From the NCBI RefSeq assembly GCF_006345805.1, contig NC_043016.1, positions 3,038,001 to 3,102,000 of the forward strand: a stretch of 64,000 bases of DNA, written 5' to 3'. Each line of letters begins with the position of its first letter. The first letter of the stretch is position 1. The stretch is from Octopus sinensis (Eukaryota). Of this stretch, positions 24,839 to 38,275 are shown in pieces. The notes below the pieces were generated by a model. That model was not told where the DNA came from and did no database searches. It saw nothing but the letters and a program-made list of their open reading frames with translations. A program made the position numbers and the translations under genes.

Positions 24839-24989
24839 AACAATGATAAAAAAAAACATTGATAAAACAAGATTGGGTTCATCCGTGGGAAGAAAGGCCT
24901 ACAGAAAAGACCACGGGAACCTCAGTCAGGGAGGAAATAACCACATAAGAGCAAAATGCTCTCTCTCTCTCTCTTTTTACGATTTACAG

Positions 24990-27494
24990 GGTCATGCTCA
25001 AAATGGCTTCGTCACTCGCACGCACCATCTTTGCAACATCCACCCATTTTTTTTAATCTTTCGCGAGACAAAACTTCCCTCTCCATTCTCACCTTCCTTT
25101 TCAAGTGGTACTTGAAAAAGTTGATGTGCGATTGGCCAGAGAGGTAAGTGTTTGTCTCTAATCCTTTCGCTCGGGTCCACCACACATTATTTCACCATGG
25201 CCACTAGTACGATGAAAACTGCCTTGCCTTCCCGGTTGATGGAAGGGGCCGAAGCAAATTTCACGATAGACCCGGCCGATAGGCGGACTCGTCCCACACG
25301 TGACAGCAGCCGTTCGGCATAAGCCCACAGGTCGGAAATGGTTGGACATTGCACGAGTGCGTGCAGAACGGTTTCGTCGCTCTGACCGCATCTCGGGCAA
25401 GTCGGTTCAGTGTGTCTGGAACCGTGTCTGTAGAGCTTATCCCGAACAGGTAATGCTTCTCGATAGCACTGCCAGGCCAGATATCTTTGGTGATTGTTCA
25501 TAGGACCCGGCCCGACAGTTGTCCTGAACAGGCGGGTCAGGTGTTCCTCGTCGACGCCCAGACTCTGCCCGAGTTCGTCGTCGCACTTCCCCTCCACTAA
25601 TCCTCTATAGAATGCCTTTGTTGTGATGGAGTCGCACAAGTTTGATCCCGGACGGCAGAGTTGCTTAAGAGCAACGCGACACTCGCGGTACTATTCGCCT
25701 AGCCTCGGTTTCTGCTTGATTTATGACTGTAGTTCGGCCAAGGAGACGAGCTGCGGGAAAGCGCGCCGCACAAAAGGCAACCACAACTGTTCACCGTCGT
25801 CTATGAAGCGCCGGAGATGTCGCAGTCTCAGCGCATGTCTGCGCATCATCAACCACGGCATGCCCAGCCCTCCATTTAGCGGGTGTTGACAGCAAATGGA
25901 TCGACTAACCATCGGAACGTTTCCCTTCCACAGGAAGCGGAAAAGTATACGTTCCAGTTTTGTGATGGTAGGGTCAGGACAAGGCACGACGGTCAGAGGA
26001 TACTCGATGACGGATACGATATACTCGTTCGCCACCTCCACCCGACCTTTTAGGGATAGCTTTCTCTCAGCCCATTTCTATGTGAGAGTAGCCACCCTAG
26101 TCGTTATTTCACCCCAGTTCTTCTCCATTTGGAGGTCCGGACCGAATCAGACCCCGAGCTATTTAACCGGTCCGTAGGTCCAGCGTCCCACGATGGAGAC
26201 GCTGTTGGACGTCATGGGCCTGCTTCTCCAGGTGCCGAGCCGCAAGCCCACTGACTTTTCCCGGTTAATTTTTGCTCCCGTTACCACTTCGTATTCTTTT
26301 ACTGTCTCGCCGACCAGCTCTATGTGCTGGTAGTTCGACACTATGACGGTGACGTCATCCGCGTATGCAGACACGCTCCTCCCGCATCCCAGCTCTCGTG
26401 GGATGCCCCTCAGCGTCGCCAGTTTCCGCAGTAGTGGCTCAAGAGTCAATACATACAGAAGCGATGAGAGGGGGCATCCCTGACGAACCGAATGCATGAT
26501 GTTAAAAGGTCTGGATAGATGACCATTTACGCGAACTACTGAGCGGATGCCGCTGTATAAGGCAGCGATCCAACCGCGGAAAACTGGACCGAAACCAGCC
26601 GCTTTAAGGACAGCCTCCAAGTAGTGATGGTCTACCCTATCGAAAGCTTTTGATTGATCCAAATTGATCAGCGCCCCACCCATGTCAGGATTCTTGACTA
26701 CCCTGTCTATGATGTAGCGCATCAGATGGAGGTTGTCATGAATACTTCTACCTGGCACGGCGCATGTTTGTGCCTTGTCGACTAGTTTCTTGATGACAAG
26801 CGCCAACCTCTCGGCTAACACCTTGGCCAAAATTTTCAAATCTGCGTTGAGCAGAGTGATGGGCCTGAAATTATCTATGACGTCCCCCTTGTTTGGGTCT
26901 TTCTTAATCAGTGCCACAGCGCCTCGCTTTACAAAAGCAGGGATACTCCCGTTTTGCTGCCAGTTGCAGTAGACAGCTGCCAAGACGCCTCCAAACAAGT
27001 CTGGCATATGACAATAAAGTTTGTAGGGCAGACCATCCAAGCCTGGTGACTTGTTTCTCGCGCAGCCTACCATCGCATCCTGTACGTCCGCAGCTGTAAT
27101 AGGCCTTTCACAAGACTCCACTTCTCTTGCTGAGAGTCGTAGCAAGGCATGCAGGTAGGCACTAAAGTCCACTCGGCGTTCTGACCCACCACTTGTCCCA
27201 AACAGTTGGGTGAAGTGTTGTTGAAAAGCCTCACACATCCTTTTAGACTCGAGCAATTCGCGCCCCTGTTCATCTGTAAGAGACTTGATGGTGGCTCTGT
27301 TGCCTCGTTGTGTCCCACCACTCGGGCTTCTTGGAATGTGTGCCGAACATGTGCTGGAGTGCTCGCGAGCTGTGGAGTCTGGTCTCACTGATGGCTATGA
27401 TATGCAGATTTAGTGACTTGATGTTGTTTAACAGGTAGCCTTGATTCCAAGGCGACCCCAAGCCACGTACATTTATACTGCCTATTTTGAGCAT
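24990..27494 (-). pseudogene. Tx1-B ORF2 with most of the APE domain deleted
   Basis: ...RALQHMFGTH is joined at ~27330 to EARVVGTQRGNRATI, which corresponds to Tx1-A ~16180. RT is open across 26159-27330; later stops and frameshifts follow. Confidence 0.9.
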
Positions 27495-27564
27495 GTTCCT
27501 ATAAAAAATTGTGTTTTACACACGAAAAGAAAGTGCAAAAAAAGAAAGAGAGAGAGAGAAAAGG

Positions 27565-29612
27565 TTACTTGTTGTCCGGAAGTCCTTTGTTTTTCACCTC
27601 AAAGTCTTCTCCCATGAGGTTTTTATAAAGTTTGTTTGATAAATATTTTTGAAATCTCCCTACTGCATCAGGGTAGAGAGATTTTAGGGTGCGGTGTGCA
27701 TTCTGTGTTACGTGTATTATTTTAATGTGTTGTGGTGGTGTTGTGCGTGGGTGGTTATTTGTTTTTGTGTCGTTTTCAGTTATGTTGGTGTTTGACCTAA
27801 TGTATTCCATTAGGTCGTGGTTGTTTGTGTTTATGGATGTCAACATTGTTGGGGGGTTCGGTGATGGTGTGTTTGCGTTGATGTGTTCGTTTTCTGTGGA
27901 TGTTTTTGTTTCGGGAGTGGTGAATTTTCCTGCTTTGTTTGTTAGTTTTTCTATTCTTTTTTTCCCCCTTTTCTCCTCCCCGCTGTGGCTATTTGCCAAT
28001 CCTCTGTGTCTTCTTCATCTAATGACAAGTCAGAGGAATCAGAGAGTGGGAGAGGAAAAGATTGGGGTCTATTTTAGATTATGTTGACTTTGTTGTTGGT
28101 GTTGGTTGGTGAGCGTTAGGGTTTTTGGCGGTGGGGTGTGGGTATTTTGTGTTTGTGTGATTGTAGGTATTGTTGTAGTGTTTGGGGTGTGTTCTGTGGG
28201 GATTTGGAGTAGTAATTGTTTCTTCATTTTTGATGATTGTCTTTTTGGTAGATGTTCTTGGTTTGGGAGTTGGTTTATCCTTGGTTGTTGTTGTTGATGT
28301 TGTTTCTGTTCTTGGTGCAGTTGGTGATGTTGCTTGGTTGGGTAGGTTTGTTTTTTGTTGATTTTCTGTGATTAGTCCTTTTATTGTTCGTGCAAACTGT
28401 GGTGTGGGTAATAAGGCTGGCTTTTTTGTTTTTTTCCGGCTGCTGTTGTTGTTGTTGTTGCTGTTTTCTTGCGGTAGATTTGCAATCTTTTTTTAGATGT
28501 TGCTCACTGCTGCATATGTAGCAACGTGGTCTTCTGCCCTCGACGACCACATACAACTTGTGGTCATCTGATATATATATCTGGGTGGGTATTTTCTTGA
28601 TGGCATTTTGGTTGATGTGTATTAGAAATTCTACTCTTTTTCCCACCCAGTTTTTGTGTTCAGTTACCGTGGTTTGTAAAATTTTGAAATCGTCCATTTT
28701 CACACATATGGCCGATGCTAGCCATAGAGTGTCCGCTATTTGTGGAACATTGTTTAAGATAACCTTATTCACTCTCTGTCCACGGTAGCTAGGTATCATT
28801 GTAAGTTCATCCGAATGAAGAGTTAGCGTTGAGAATCGTTTTGCTAACTCTTCAGTGTGGAAAACTACTTGTATATGTGCAAAACTTGTTCCACCAGGTC
28901 ACATATATTCTTTGAAGTTCCATATGGGTTGCAAGCATTTTTCGATTTTGCTTGTGTTAGCCTTCTCTGGACTTTTTGTCTTCTTATTGATTATTTTATA
29001 TATAATGTTTTTTTTTCATTTTCTAGTATTTGTTGTGGTATGTTTATTTTTACCTTGCCATCTTCCTTAGTTATTAAAACTGTTGTCTCTTTTTCTTTTA
29101 TTGCCTCGGCGAAATTTGTTGTTGTTTTGTTATTGTTGTTGCTGGTGGTGATGTTGAAGTTGGCTGCAGTTGGTAAATTCGGTGTATTTGGTGTCTGATG
29201 TTTGATTGTGCAAGTAGGAAGGGGTGGAAAATTACTTGCATAATTTATCGGCAATTCGTTTGGTGGTCATGGTCTTTTGTTTATCTCCTTCAGTTCTTGG
29301 TGTTGGAGGAAGAAAAGTCTGAAAGGAATTGTTGTTGTTGTCATTGTTGTTTTTGTTGTTGTTGTTGGTTTCAGTGGCAGCAGATATCGAAATGGTGGCG
29401 CAATTGTTGTTATTCTTGTTGTCATTGTTGTTGTTGTTGTTGTTGTTGGTAGTTGTGGCAGTGAATGAGGTGGTGGTGGTGGTGGTGGTGGTGTTGATTT
29501 CAGTTTTATCAATTTTTCTTTCAGCGTGTTTGCCGATTGTATTTTGCAAAACAGGGAAATCTTCTTTAGAAAACATATTATAATATTTTTCTACTATAAG
29601 ATTTCTCGACAT
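27565..29612 (-). pseudogene. Tx1-B ORF1, frameshifted
   Basis: CX2CX4HX4C knuckle at ~28485-28525; segments colinear with Tx1-A ORF1. Confidence 0.8.
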
Positions 29613-30023
29613 CAATTTTTTCCCGGAAAAATAAAAATAAATTGATGAAAATTGCCACTATGGGCGAATTCTATATTTTAAAAAGACTCAAACGAAAGTT
29701 GGCCGTTTGAAAAGTTGAAAAACTCCGACAATGTAGAGCGTAAACAATGGGTACAAACGAGAGAGAGAGAATAGCGTTTGTATGTTATTAGAAACGCTTC
29801 ACCGACATTGTGTGAAAAAACAAGTTATTGCAGCATAAATTTTTATATATATTCGAGGCTGAAAATGCCCCTAGGGGCAAAATCCCCTCCGGAAAACATA
29901 CCCAGACGAAAGCTGGGTGTCTTACACACTCCGTGTGCAAAATTTATAACGAAACTTTTTCAAAAACACAATAAAATAAGCAGTTAACTTACGAGCTGAT
30001 CTGTCAATGAATACTATCAAACG

Positions 30024-30091
30024 AGATAGATAGATAGATAGATGGATGGATAGATAGATAGATAGATAGATATAGATAGATAGATAGATAT

Positions 30092-30137
<46 letters not shown>

Positions 30138-30142
30138 GGATG

Positions 30143-30215
<73 letters not shown>

Positions 30216-30239
30216 GGATGGATAGATAGATAGATAGAT

Positions 30240-30277
<38 letters not shown>

Positions 30278-30313
30278 TGATAGATTGATAGTTAGATAGG
30301 TAGATAGATAGAT
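30024..30313. repeat. (GATA)n at the 5' end of Tx1-B
   Basis: Direct. Confidence 0.95.
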
Positions 30314-31016
30314 CCATATGTGTTAATCCTCACGCATAAATACGCACACACACACATATGCATCATTATCCATCTTATGCAGAACGCTGCGTAAATCAGC
30401 ATATCAACAGAACAAACAAATCAATATATTACGATTCCTTACAGTGCTTGTGAAATAGGAATATAAACACATTATTTGTGATATACGGAGATAAAATATA
30501 TAATCTCTTAACGGATCTTTTTAGAGTTTTTTGACCGCTCTGTACATAATACACATACAAGGTTTCCTTTCTCTGTCAAGAGTATAGTTTGGCTGAAATA
30601 TATGAAGTTGATCTATGTTATTTATTGCCCTAATTTTACAGATTCTCCTTTTGATGACTCGGTATGAAATAAACAATTTCTACTTTATGTAGAACGCAGC
30701 ATAAATAAAGTTTTTAAATGATAATAAAAGCATGCGTCAGATTTCATGAAATATGTAAACCAGACTACACATGATAGTGCTAGCTTAATGCATGACTACT
30801 TTAAATAACTGCTTATCCACGATATTAATTCGGGCACGAAGCCGGGTAGAACATTTTTGAGGTGTGCTTAACAATCTGTAACACTTTCCGTCAAGAGACT
30901 CCCTAATCTTTTGTTTTCCTAACGCTTTGAACATCATAGAAAACTCATATTAACTTATTTCACCACGAGTGTGGCATTGTTGTATGAATGCATATATGTA
31001 TATATGTATGTATGTA

Positions 31017-32345
31017 TTTCATTATTCAGTTTATTTCAATATTTATTGCCAATAGAGAAAGTACCGGTTTCTAACCTAGATCCGAGGTTCCTTCATTGGA
31101 ATTTCAACATCAACAACGGGGTATTTTTGTTTGTATGTATGTTTGTCTCTATGTGTAGATTTGTATGTTTTATGTATGTATTCTCATGCATATATTTGCA
31201 TATCTAGACATGCTCTTTTATACTTAAATGATAAACTTATGGAAAGTTTTACAGGTTTTTACAGCTCCAGTGGTGGATTGGATCTGTAGTCTTCGAATTA
31301 GCTTTCTCCTTTCCGGTTTTGAGAAGCCTCATTTCTCAATATTGGTATTTCGGCAGTGTGCTACATATCCCAGGGCCTCAAAAATTACAGGTATAAACCT
31401 GAACTCGTAATCTGGATAGAGTAACTGTAGATTTCTCAATAATTCAGCATAGGTGTTCTCTTTTTCACTGATCTTCAGTTTTATGTTAACATCCGCAGTG
31501 CACAATTTCTCTTGTCTGTCGTAAATCCTTATATCATTTTATTGTGGTCTTTCCTGTAAATTCCACCGTATTCCTTTTCATTATGAGTGGCTATGGCTTC
31601 TACCGTATTGTGGGTTCATATATATTTGTCCTTGGGATTATCCTTCCGACTGATTTCATTATAGAGTGTTCTAGCTACAACGTCATGTTTCATAGGTAGA
31701 TAATACCGTGATGACATTTTCGGGCAACAGCTTATGATGTGGGTGATATCTTCAGTTTGAACTCTACAAAGTCTGCATCGGTTGTCACGTTTTAATGCTT
31801 TTCCTGCATCTCTATGCCTTTTGCGCATCAGATACTTGGTTGATATTTTCTGTTCTTGGATTGCAAACGCATACCCTTCAAAGTGGGTGGTTGTAATCCG
31901 GCTGTTGGTCCATGATAAACTACTTTGATGATCAATGTTACTCTCATCTCGGAGCTTTCTGCTAACATATCCATGCATAGTCTTTTGCTCATACATGCTC
32001 ATCCTTTCATCTGGTGATACGTTGCAGTAGAGTCGTGCGACTTATTTGGACATGTATTCCAGGTTATCAGACAAAGACTGTCGCTCAAAGAGCTGCCTGC
32101 CAAGTCATATGATGTTATCAGCCTCATGTATGTAAACTTGGTCAAGGGATGCACATCGACACTTGGTTAAAAGATGGTTAAAAGTTGTTGCTGAAAGGAT
32201 ATGATGCGACATGCAAAGACATTTTGGGTCGATGTTAAGCTTTTGCCGCCTTGTTTTCGTTTTAGGTAGCGGCCGTCTGTGTCATTGTTTATGTTGAAAT
32301 TATGTGTGTTTGTCAATATTTTCCAGGTTTTCGCATCAATGTACA
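31017..32345 (-). mobile_element. R4-like RLE LINE 3' fragment, (TACA)n-associated family, copy 1
   Basis: LKRKQGGKSL, EGYAFAIQEQ, CRLCRVQTEDITHIISCC (CCHC), KHDVVAR, KENTYAELLRNLQLLYPDY; 3' UTR shared with 57070-58430; TATG repeats at both ends. Confidence 0.88.
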
Positions 32346-32348
32346 CCT

Positions 32349-32555
32349 GTATGTATATATGTATTTATGTATGTATGTATGTATGTATGTATGTATGTAT
32401 GTATGTATGTATGTATGTTTGTATGTATGTATGTATGTATGTATGTATGCATGTATGTATGAATGTACGTATGTATGTATGTATGTATGAAAGTATGTAT
32501 ATATGTATGTATGTATGTATGTATATATGTATGTATGTATATGTGTATGTATGTA

Positions 32556-32591
<36 letters not shown>

Positions 32592-32701
32592 TGTATGTAT
32601 GTATGTATGCATGTATGTATGTATGTATGTATGTTTGTATGTATGTATGCATGTATGTATGTATGTATGTATGTATGTATGTATGTATGTATGAATGTAT
32701 G

Positions 32702-32732
<31 letters not shown>

Positions 32733-32950
32733 ATGTGCATGTATGTATGTATATATGTATGTGTGTATGTATGTATGTATGTATGTATGCATGTATGTAT
32801 GTATGCATGTATGTATGTATGTATGTATGTATGCTTGTATGCATGTATGCATGTATGCATGTATGTATGTATGTATGTATGTATGCTTGTATGCATGTAT
32901 GCATGTATGCATGTATGTATGTATGTATGTATGTATGTATGCATGTATGT
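32349..32950. repeat. (TATG)n array
   Basis: Direct. Confidence 0.95.
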
Positions 32951-33517
32951 GAGCAGAAAAAAAGGGTTAAAGAAAAATAAGATAAGCCTGAATGTCGAAA
33001 ACCACTAGGTGGCGGTATATGTTTTATCTAAAAGGACTCAAAGGATGCTTAAGCTAGAGTTCTATGCCCAGATTCTTATGTTTTGAATAATCGCTACCTG
33101 TGAAATTTAAATGCTGTCAAAATAACTCGGTAAATGAGGGGTACTTATGCGGTGACTATAATTTTACTAGAATTGGTTTAAAATATACTAAAACTAAAAT
33201 AGTCATGCTTGGTGGCAGAACAAATCTCACCATGAGGAATAATGCAACATCTGACAATAATTTTAAAGATATGATTGTCTCCTGTTCGGAATAAGGAAAA
33301 CGAAAATGGATAACAATAAAAAATATACTACAGAAGATTTTTAACAAACAGACAATCTTGGATAAAACCCTTTACTAATTTTAACTAGTCTGAAATAGAT
33401 ATCTTTTAAGAAATCATAAAGAAATGTGCAATAAATGGAGAATATATAAATGGAAAATATTTTGAAGATAATAATGAAATCAGCATTATACATCGAGCTA
33501 CAATAAAAAGCAAAGTA

Positions 33518-33550
<33 letters not shown>

Positions 33551-33783
33551 CTTTTTACTTTTTATCTTATATTAAGATATATACTTTTTGATAGTTATAT
33601 ATATTTAATGAGGAAAATTATAAATATAAATTAATAATTTTAATTTTAAATTTAAATAATTTAAATTTTTAAATGTTTATATTTTATATATTTTGTATAT
33701 TATATTGATTATTTTTATTTTTATGTTTTGGTTTATGTTTTTCACTGTTTGATTTGCCTAATAGTGGTTTTATCTCTAATTTA

Positions 33784-33821
<38 letters not shown>

Positions 33822-34222
33822 ACTGAAGATATTTTAGACCTCAAAATAAAACGATATCTGCATGGTATCAATGGCAGCTTGCGTGTAATATATCAAAGCT
33901 TCCTTGCATCATAATACTATAATGCATACACGTAATCACACAACAATAAGGGTAGCCAACTTTAGAACACTACCATGCACACTCCACTAACGCAGCAAAC
34001 AGCAGTTATAGATAATAAAACAACGCTATCACAAAGGAACGATACACTACCCGAAGAGTACACCATGTACCACAGAAACATATCTAGGATACTAATACAT
34101 TCCATATACATATTAACATTATCACACCCACACTGCCATAAAAACACAGCAAAACGGACATGAAACACAATACAACCATATGCCACACCTACGCTAACAC
34201 ACTATACAACTGAATATTTACT

Positions 34223-34444
34223 TCTTTATTGCCCACAGGAGGCTAAACATTGAGGGTAAACACAAGGACAGTCAAAGGGATTAAGTCGATTACATCGACC
34301 TCAGTGCGTAACTGGTACTTGTTTTATCGCCCCCGAAAGGATAAAAGGCAAAGTCGACCTCAGCGGAATTTGAACTCAGAACGTAGCGGCAGACGAAATA
34401 CTGCTAAGCATTTCACTCTGCGCGCTAACGATTCTGCCAGCTCG
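34223..34444 (-). mobile_element. tRNA-derived SINE with Tx1-like 3' tail
   Basis: Minus-strand head CGAGCTGGCAGAATCGTTAGC (A-box-like), GAGTTCAAATTCC (B-box-like), core GATAAAACAAGTACCAG, tail TGTTTAGCCTCCTGTGGGCAATAAAGAAG; AACTGAAT near both ends may be a TSD. Confidence 0.88.
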
Positions 34445-35407
34445 AAGCTTTAAACTGAATGTGTCTACACAACTGAATATTAATACAACCATAGATCACA
34501 ACAATACAAAGAACATACCAGCGCTATCATACACAAAACAAACGCTATAAAACTACCATGCACAACACCAACGCTAACATACACCAAACAAACGCGGCAA
34601 TATATACTAAATATATACCAATTCAACTTTATGATACACCATAAAAACTAAATACTCCCAAACATCCATACATCCCACAACACTACCAAATGTCACCCCA
34701 ACACTACTATACATCATACACTGAGAGTACCATTAACCACACTATCACAGCCATACACACAAAACTAATATTACCACATCAAAACTGCTATATACCAACA
34801 TTATAATGCACCATACATTTACTCCATCACACATCACTTTCACGCTTCCATACAACACACCAGGATTCAACTATCCAATACACTAGCTTCACTTTGAGCT
34901 ACTGCAGGAGATTTTATGCGGACATTTGACTTACTACGATAATCTTGGAAATAACCACCAAGTAAAACCCATTCTCAAGGAAAAATATGACATCAACATT
35001 AAAGTGAAAATTACTCTGAAAAGAGTTACTTAAGGTTGGAAGGAAGTCTTTAAGCCCGGTTAGTTTGAGCTGAAAATAAACAAGACCTCTACAATACAAG
35101 ACCCTAACTTTACAATGCATTGAATCTTTCTTGTTTCACTACAATATTTCAATAAGTGTAGCATGTGTTTGATTGGTTAGATCCCTGAAACCACTAGAAA
35201 TAGTAGTTACTCTCAGATAAAATCTTTGAAAATCAGTTTATACTTCTTTAAAATCAACTGAATGAAACACTGAATAATGTAATAATGGATATATATATAT
35301 AGATATATATATATATATAAACCGATAATAGAGTATAATATATATATATTATACTCTATTATCGGTTTCATTCAGACGCTCTGGCCATACAAGATTACCG
35401 CCATTAT

Positions 35408-35409
<2 letters not shown>

Positions 35410-35483
<74 letters not shown>
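35410..35483. repeat. (CA)n microsatellite
   Basis: Direct. Confidence 0.95.
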
Positions 35484-35487
<4 letters not shown>

Positions 35488-36844
35488 ATTATGTGTGTGA
35501 TGCCTGTGAAAGGTTGTACTCGTGGTTACAACATCTTTCATAATATACCTGCTCGATTAGAGCAGAAGTGAGGCTAAACTGCAACGTATATGTTTGGTAA
35601 GACAGCACAACTTGTTCGCTTTTCAACATCGGTAACATGCTTATACATATTACTGTATGCTACATGTTTAACTTTGATATGAAAGTTCAAATTGCTTGAA
35701 TTAGCAACAAACTTTTTATCAATTTTAGCTAGCTATCTTATCTCTAAATTTAAATATATTCATTTCAGGTATATGTACTATATAGTCTTAAAGCAGATGC
35801 ATTGAAACTATTTCTGAATGGAAGCCTTAAGAAAGAAGACTTATATGGATATACTACCTTAATTCTTACTTGGTTGCTCATTTTCATTAAGCTTCTTTTC
35901 AACAAGTATACTTGAACACGCGTACGCGCGCGCACACACACGCACATACTGAGCTACATACTGTCTCTTACTCTTTATTTCATCACTATTTCTCTCTGCC
36001 TCTCTCTTTCTCTGTTTCACACACACAAACACACACACACACAGATACACACACATGTGCGAAGTGATAATCCTGCCTCCAATTTAATGCATTTCTATAA
36101 TTTTTTTTTTATTAGTTTTTAAATATTTTTTTTTTTTCAGTTAAAACAATGAATGGATGTTGAGGTACTTCTATTTCAATAGGTCATACACACTTGTAGG
36201 TTTTACTTCTTTATCTTCTTCTCTTCCACTTGCTCTGCCACCAATACATCTTACTGTTTACTATAATCTACTTCGCTTAAACACTTAATCTGATTATCAT
36301 TTTCATGACTAACACAAACTTTTAACTTCTCAAGTGTATACTAGATGTCACGTTTTAATATAAACTTATATTTTCTTGATTTCTCTTCTGATTATTACTT
36401 ATTTGCGAGTAACCATTTAAGATCGAGCCGAAAGGTTAATTTTTTTCTGTCGTCGGCATCGTTATAACTTTTTTTAAGATCGACTTTTAAGTTTTCCTCG
36501 GAATAGTTTTGCACCGGAGCAATTATGAAAATGAATTAGGTATATATTTTCAGTATCTTGAGATATGAAAGCTGTGGTCTTTAAAAAGGCTGCAATGTAA
36601 TACGTACAATCTGGCGGACGAATAGTTTATTTAATCATTCATTCACATTGTTTTTAAATGGAAATGTTATCAGAGTATAGCTTCTAACAAAATATACTCT
36701 GAGGATTCTGAAGAATTTTCACTTCTCTGCAGACGAAACATTAAGTAATATGTTGATAAACTTGACATAAAAACTTACCGAGATGCAGCAAAAGAAGGTA
36801 GTGCATGCTTCTTTAAAGATTTGCAAACACCTTACGCGCATCAC

Positions 36845-36955
36845 CACGCCGGACAAAATGCTTATCTGCATTTCATTCACCTATACGTTCTGAGTTCAAA
36901 TTCTGCTGAGGTCGATTCTTACTTTCAGTATTCGGGGCCATCGATCAACTATCTC
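36845..36955 (+). mobile_element. Decayed SINE fragment
   Basis: CCGGACAAAATGCTTA..CGTTCTGAGTTCAAATTCTGCTGAGGTCGA. Confidence 0.7.
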
Positions 36956-37580
36956 TAAAGTGAGTTCACTCTTTATTGGGAATCGTCATAAAATACTGTA
37001 ATTATAGTTTATAGTGTACCATCGCAGCCCCCTGCTTGTGTACATGTCACTTTTCTTTTACTTTAAATCAACAAATCTAACATTCCAATGTTCTATTTTA
37101 TCGAGATATGCTACGTTAAGTTATGAGATTATTAATATTGACATTTCTTTTACAGTTCTCTGACTGTATTTTATCAATTGTAGCCTTAATGAAGTTCATT
37201 ATAAAGGCTTGTTTCTGAGTGGATATAATTAGCGATTTAGGTTCCTCTTTTTAGATTTCTCTCTCTTATTTACTTCTGTTCGTTGCATAAATTGAAAATA
37301 TAATTCCTTTTCTTCCCATTTCAGTCTGGAATTAGTTTACTATTTCAGTAATTTTTGAGCAGACCGAGTGTTTTCTTCCTTCACTACATACATCATAGTA
37401 TTTCCAACCCAATACACCGCAATACTGGTAGACTTGGTAGATAGAACCTTTCTATATTTGTTACATTGTTGCGTATTCTGCATTATGAACAACTCTCTAG
37501 TTCTATCTAATTTCTGTCGTCCTTATTATCATTAAGTGAGACACCAATAAATGCAAGCCATTAAAGGGATACGGGGATAT

Positions 37581-37643
37581 ACATCATCATCATCCTCGTC
37601 ATCATCATCATTATCATCATCATCGTCGTCGTCATCATCATCA

Positions 37644-37682
<39 letters not shown>

Positions 37683-37860
37683 GTATTGTTATTATTATTA
37701 TCATCATCATCATTATTATATCATCATCATTATTATTATCATCATTATTATTATTATCATTGTTATTACCATTATTATTATTATTATTATTATTATATTA
37801 TTATTATATTATCATCATCATCATTATTATTATCATCATTATTATTCTCATTATTATTAC

Positions 37861-37898
<38 letters not shown>

Positions 37899-38009
37899 TA
37901 TTATTATTATTATTATCATTATTTTATTATTATTATTATTATTATTATTATCATTATTATTATCCTCATTATTATTATTATCATCATTATTATTATTATT
38001 ATCATTAAT

Positions 38010-38054
<45 letters not shown>

Positions 38055-38203
38055 ATCATCATCATCTTTATTATTATTATCATTATTATTATCATTATTA
38101 TTATTATTATCATCATCATATTATTATTATTATTATTATTATTATCATCATCATCATCATTATTATTATTATCATTAATTTTAATATCATTATTATTGTT
38201 ATT

Positions 38204-38253
<50 letters not shown>

Positions 38254-38275
38254 TATTATTAATAATAATAATATT
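37581..38275. repeat. (ATT)n/(ATC)n array
   Basis: Direct. Confidence 0.95.

Larger units (their letters stand above)
24840..30023 (-). mobile_element. Tx1-clade LINE, copy B (different subfamily; internal endonuclease deletion)
   Basis: Homologous 5' end, ORF1 (MSRNLIVEK..., GRRPRCYICSSEQHLKKDC) and ORF2 (GSINVRGL, YADD, CPRCGQSDETVLHALVQC); (GATA)n on both sides. Confidence 0.92.

Noticed and set aside
30430-30900. Possible further decayed PLE GIY-YIG on the minus strand (KGNLVCVLCTE)
   Set aside because: Only one short motif is readable; too degraded to call without an HMM search.
34370-34444. SINE heads as tRNA genes
   Set aside because: A/B-box-like motifs are present but there is no cloverleaf, and they are attached to the SINE core and tail.
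33900-34880. CA-rich quasi-repetitive region with short ORFs
   Set aside because: Cryptic simple sequence with no periodic unit or coding signal apart from the embedded SINE.
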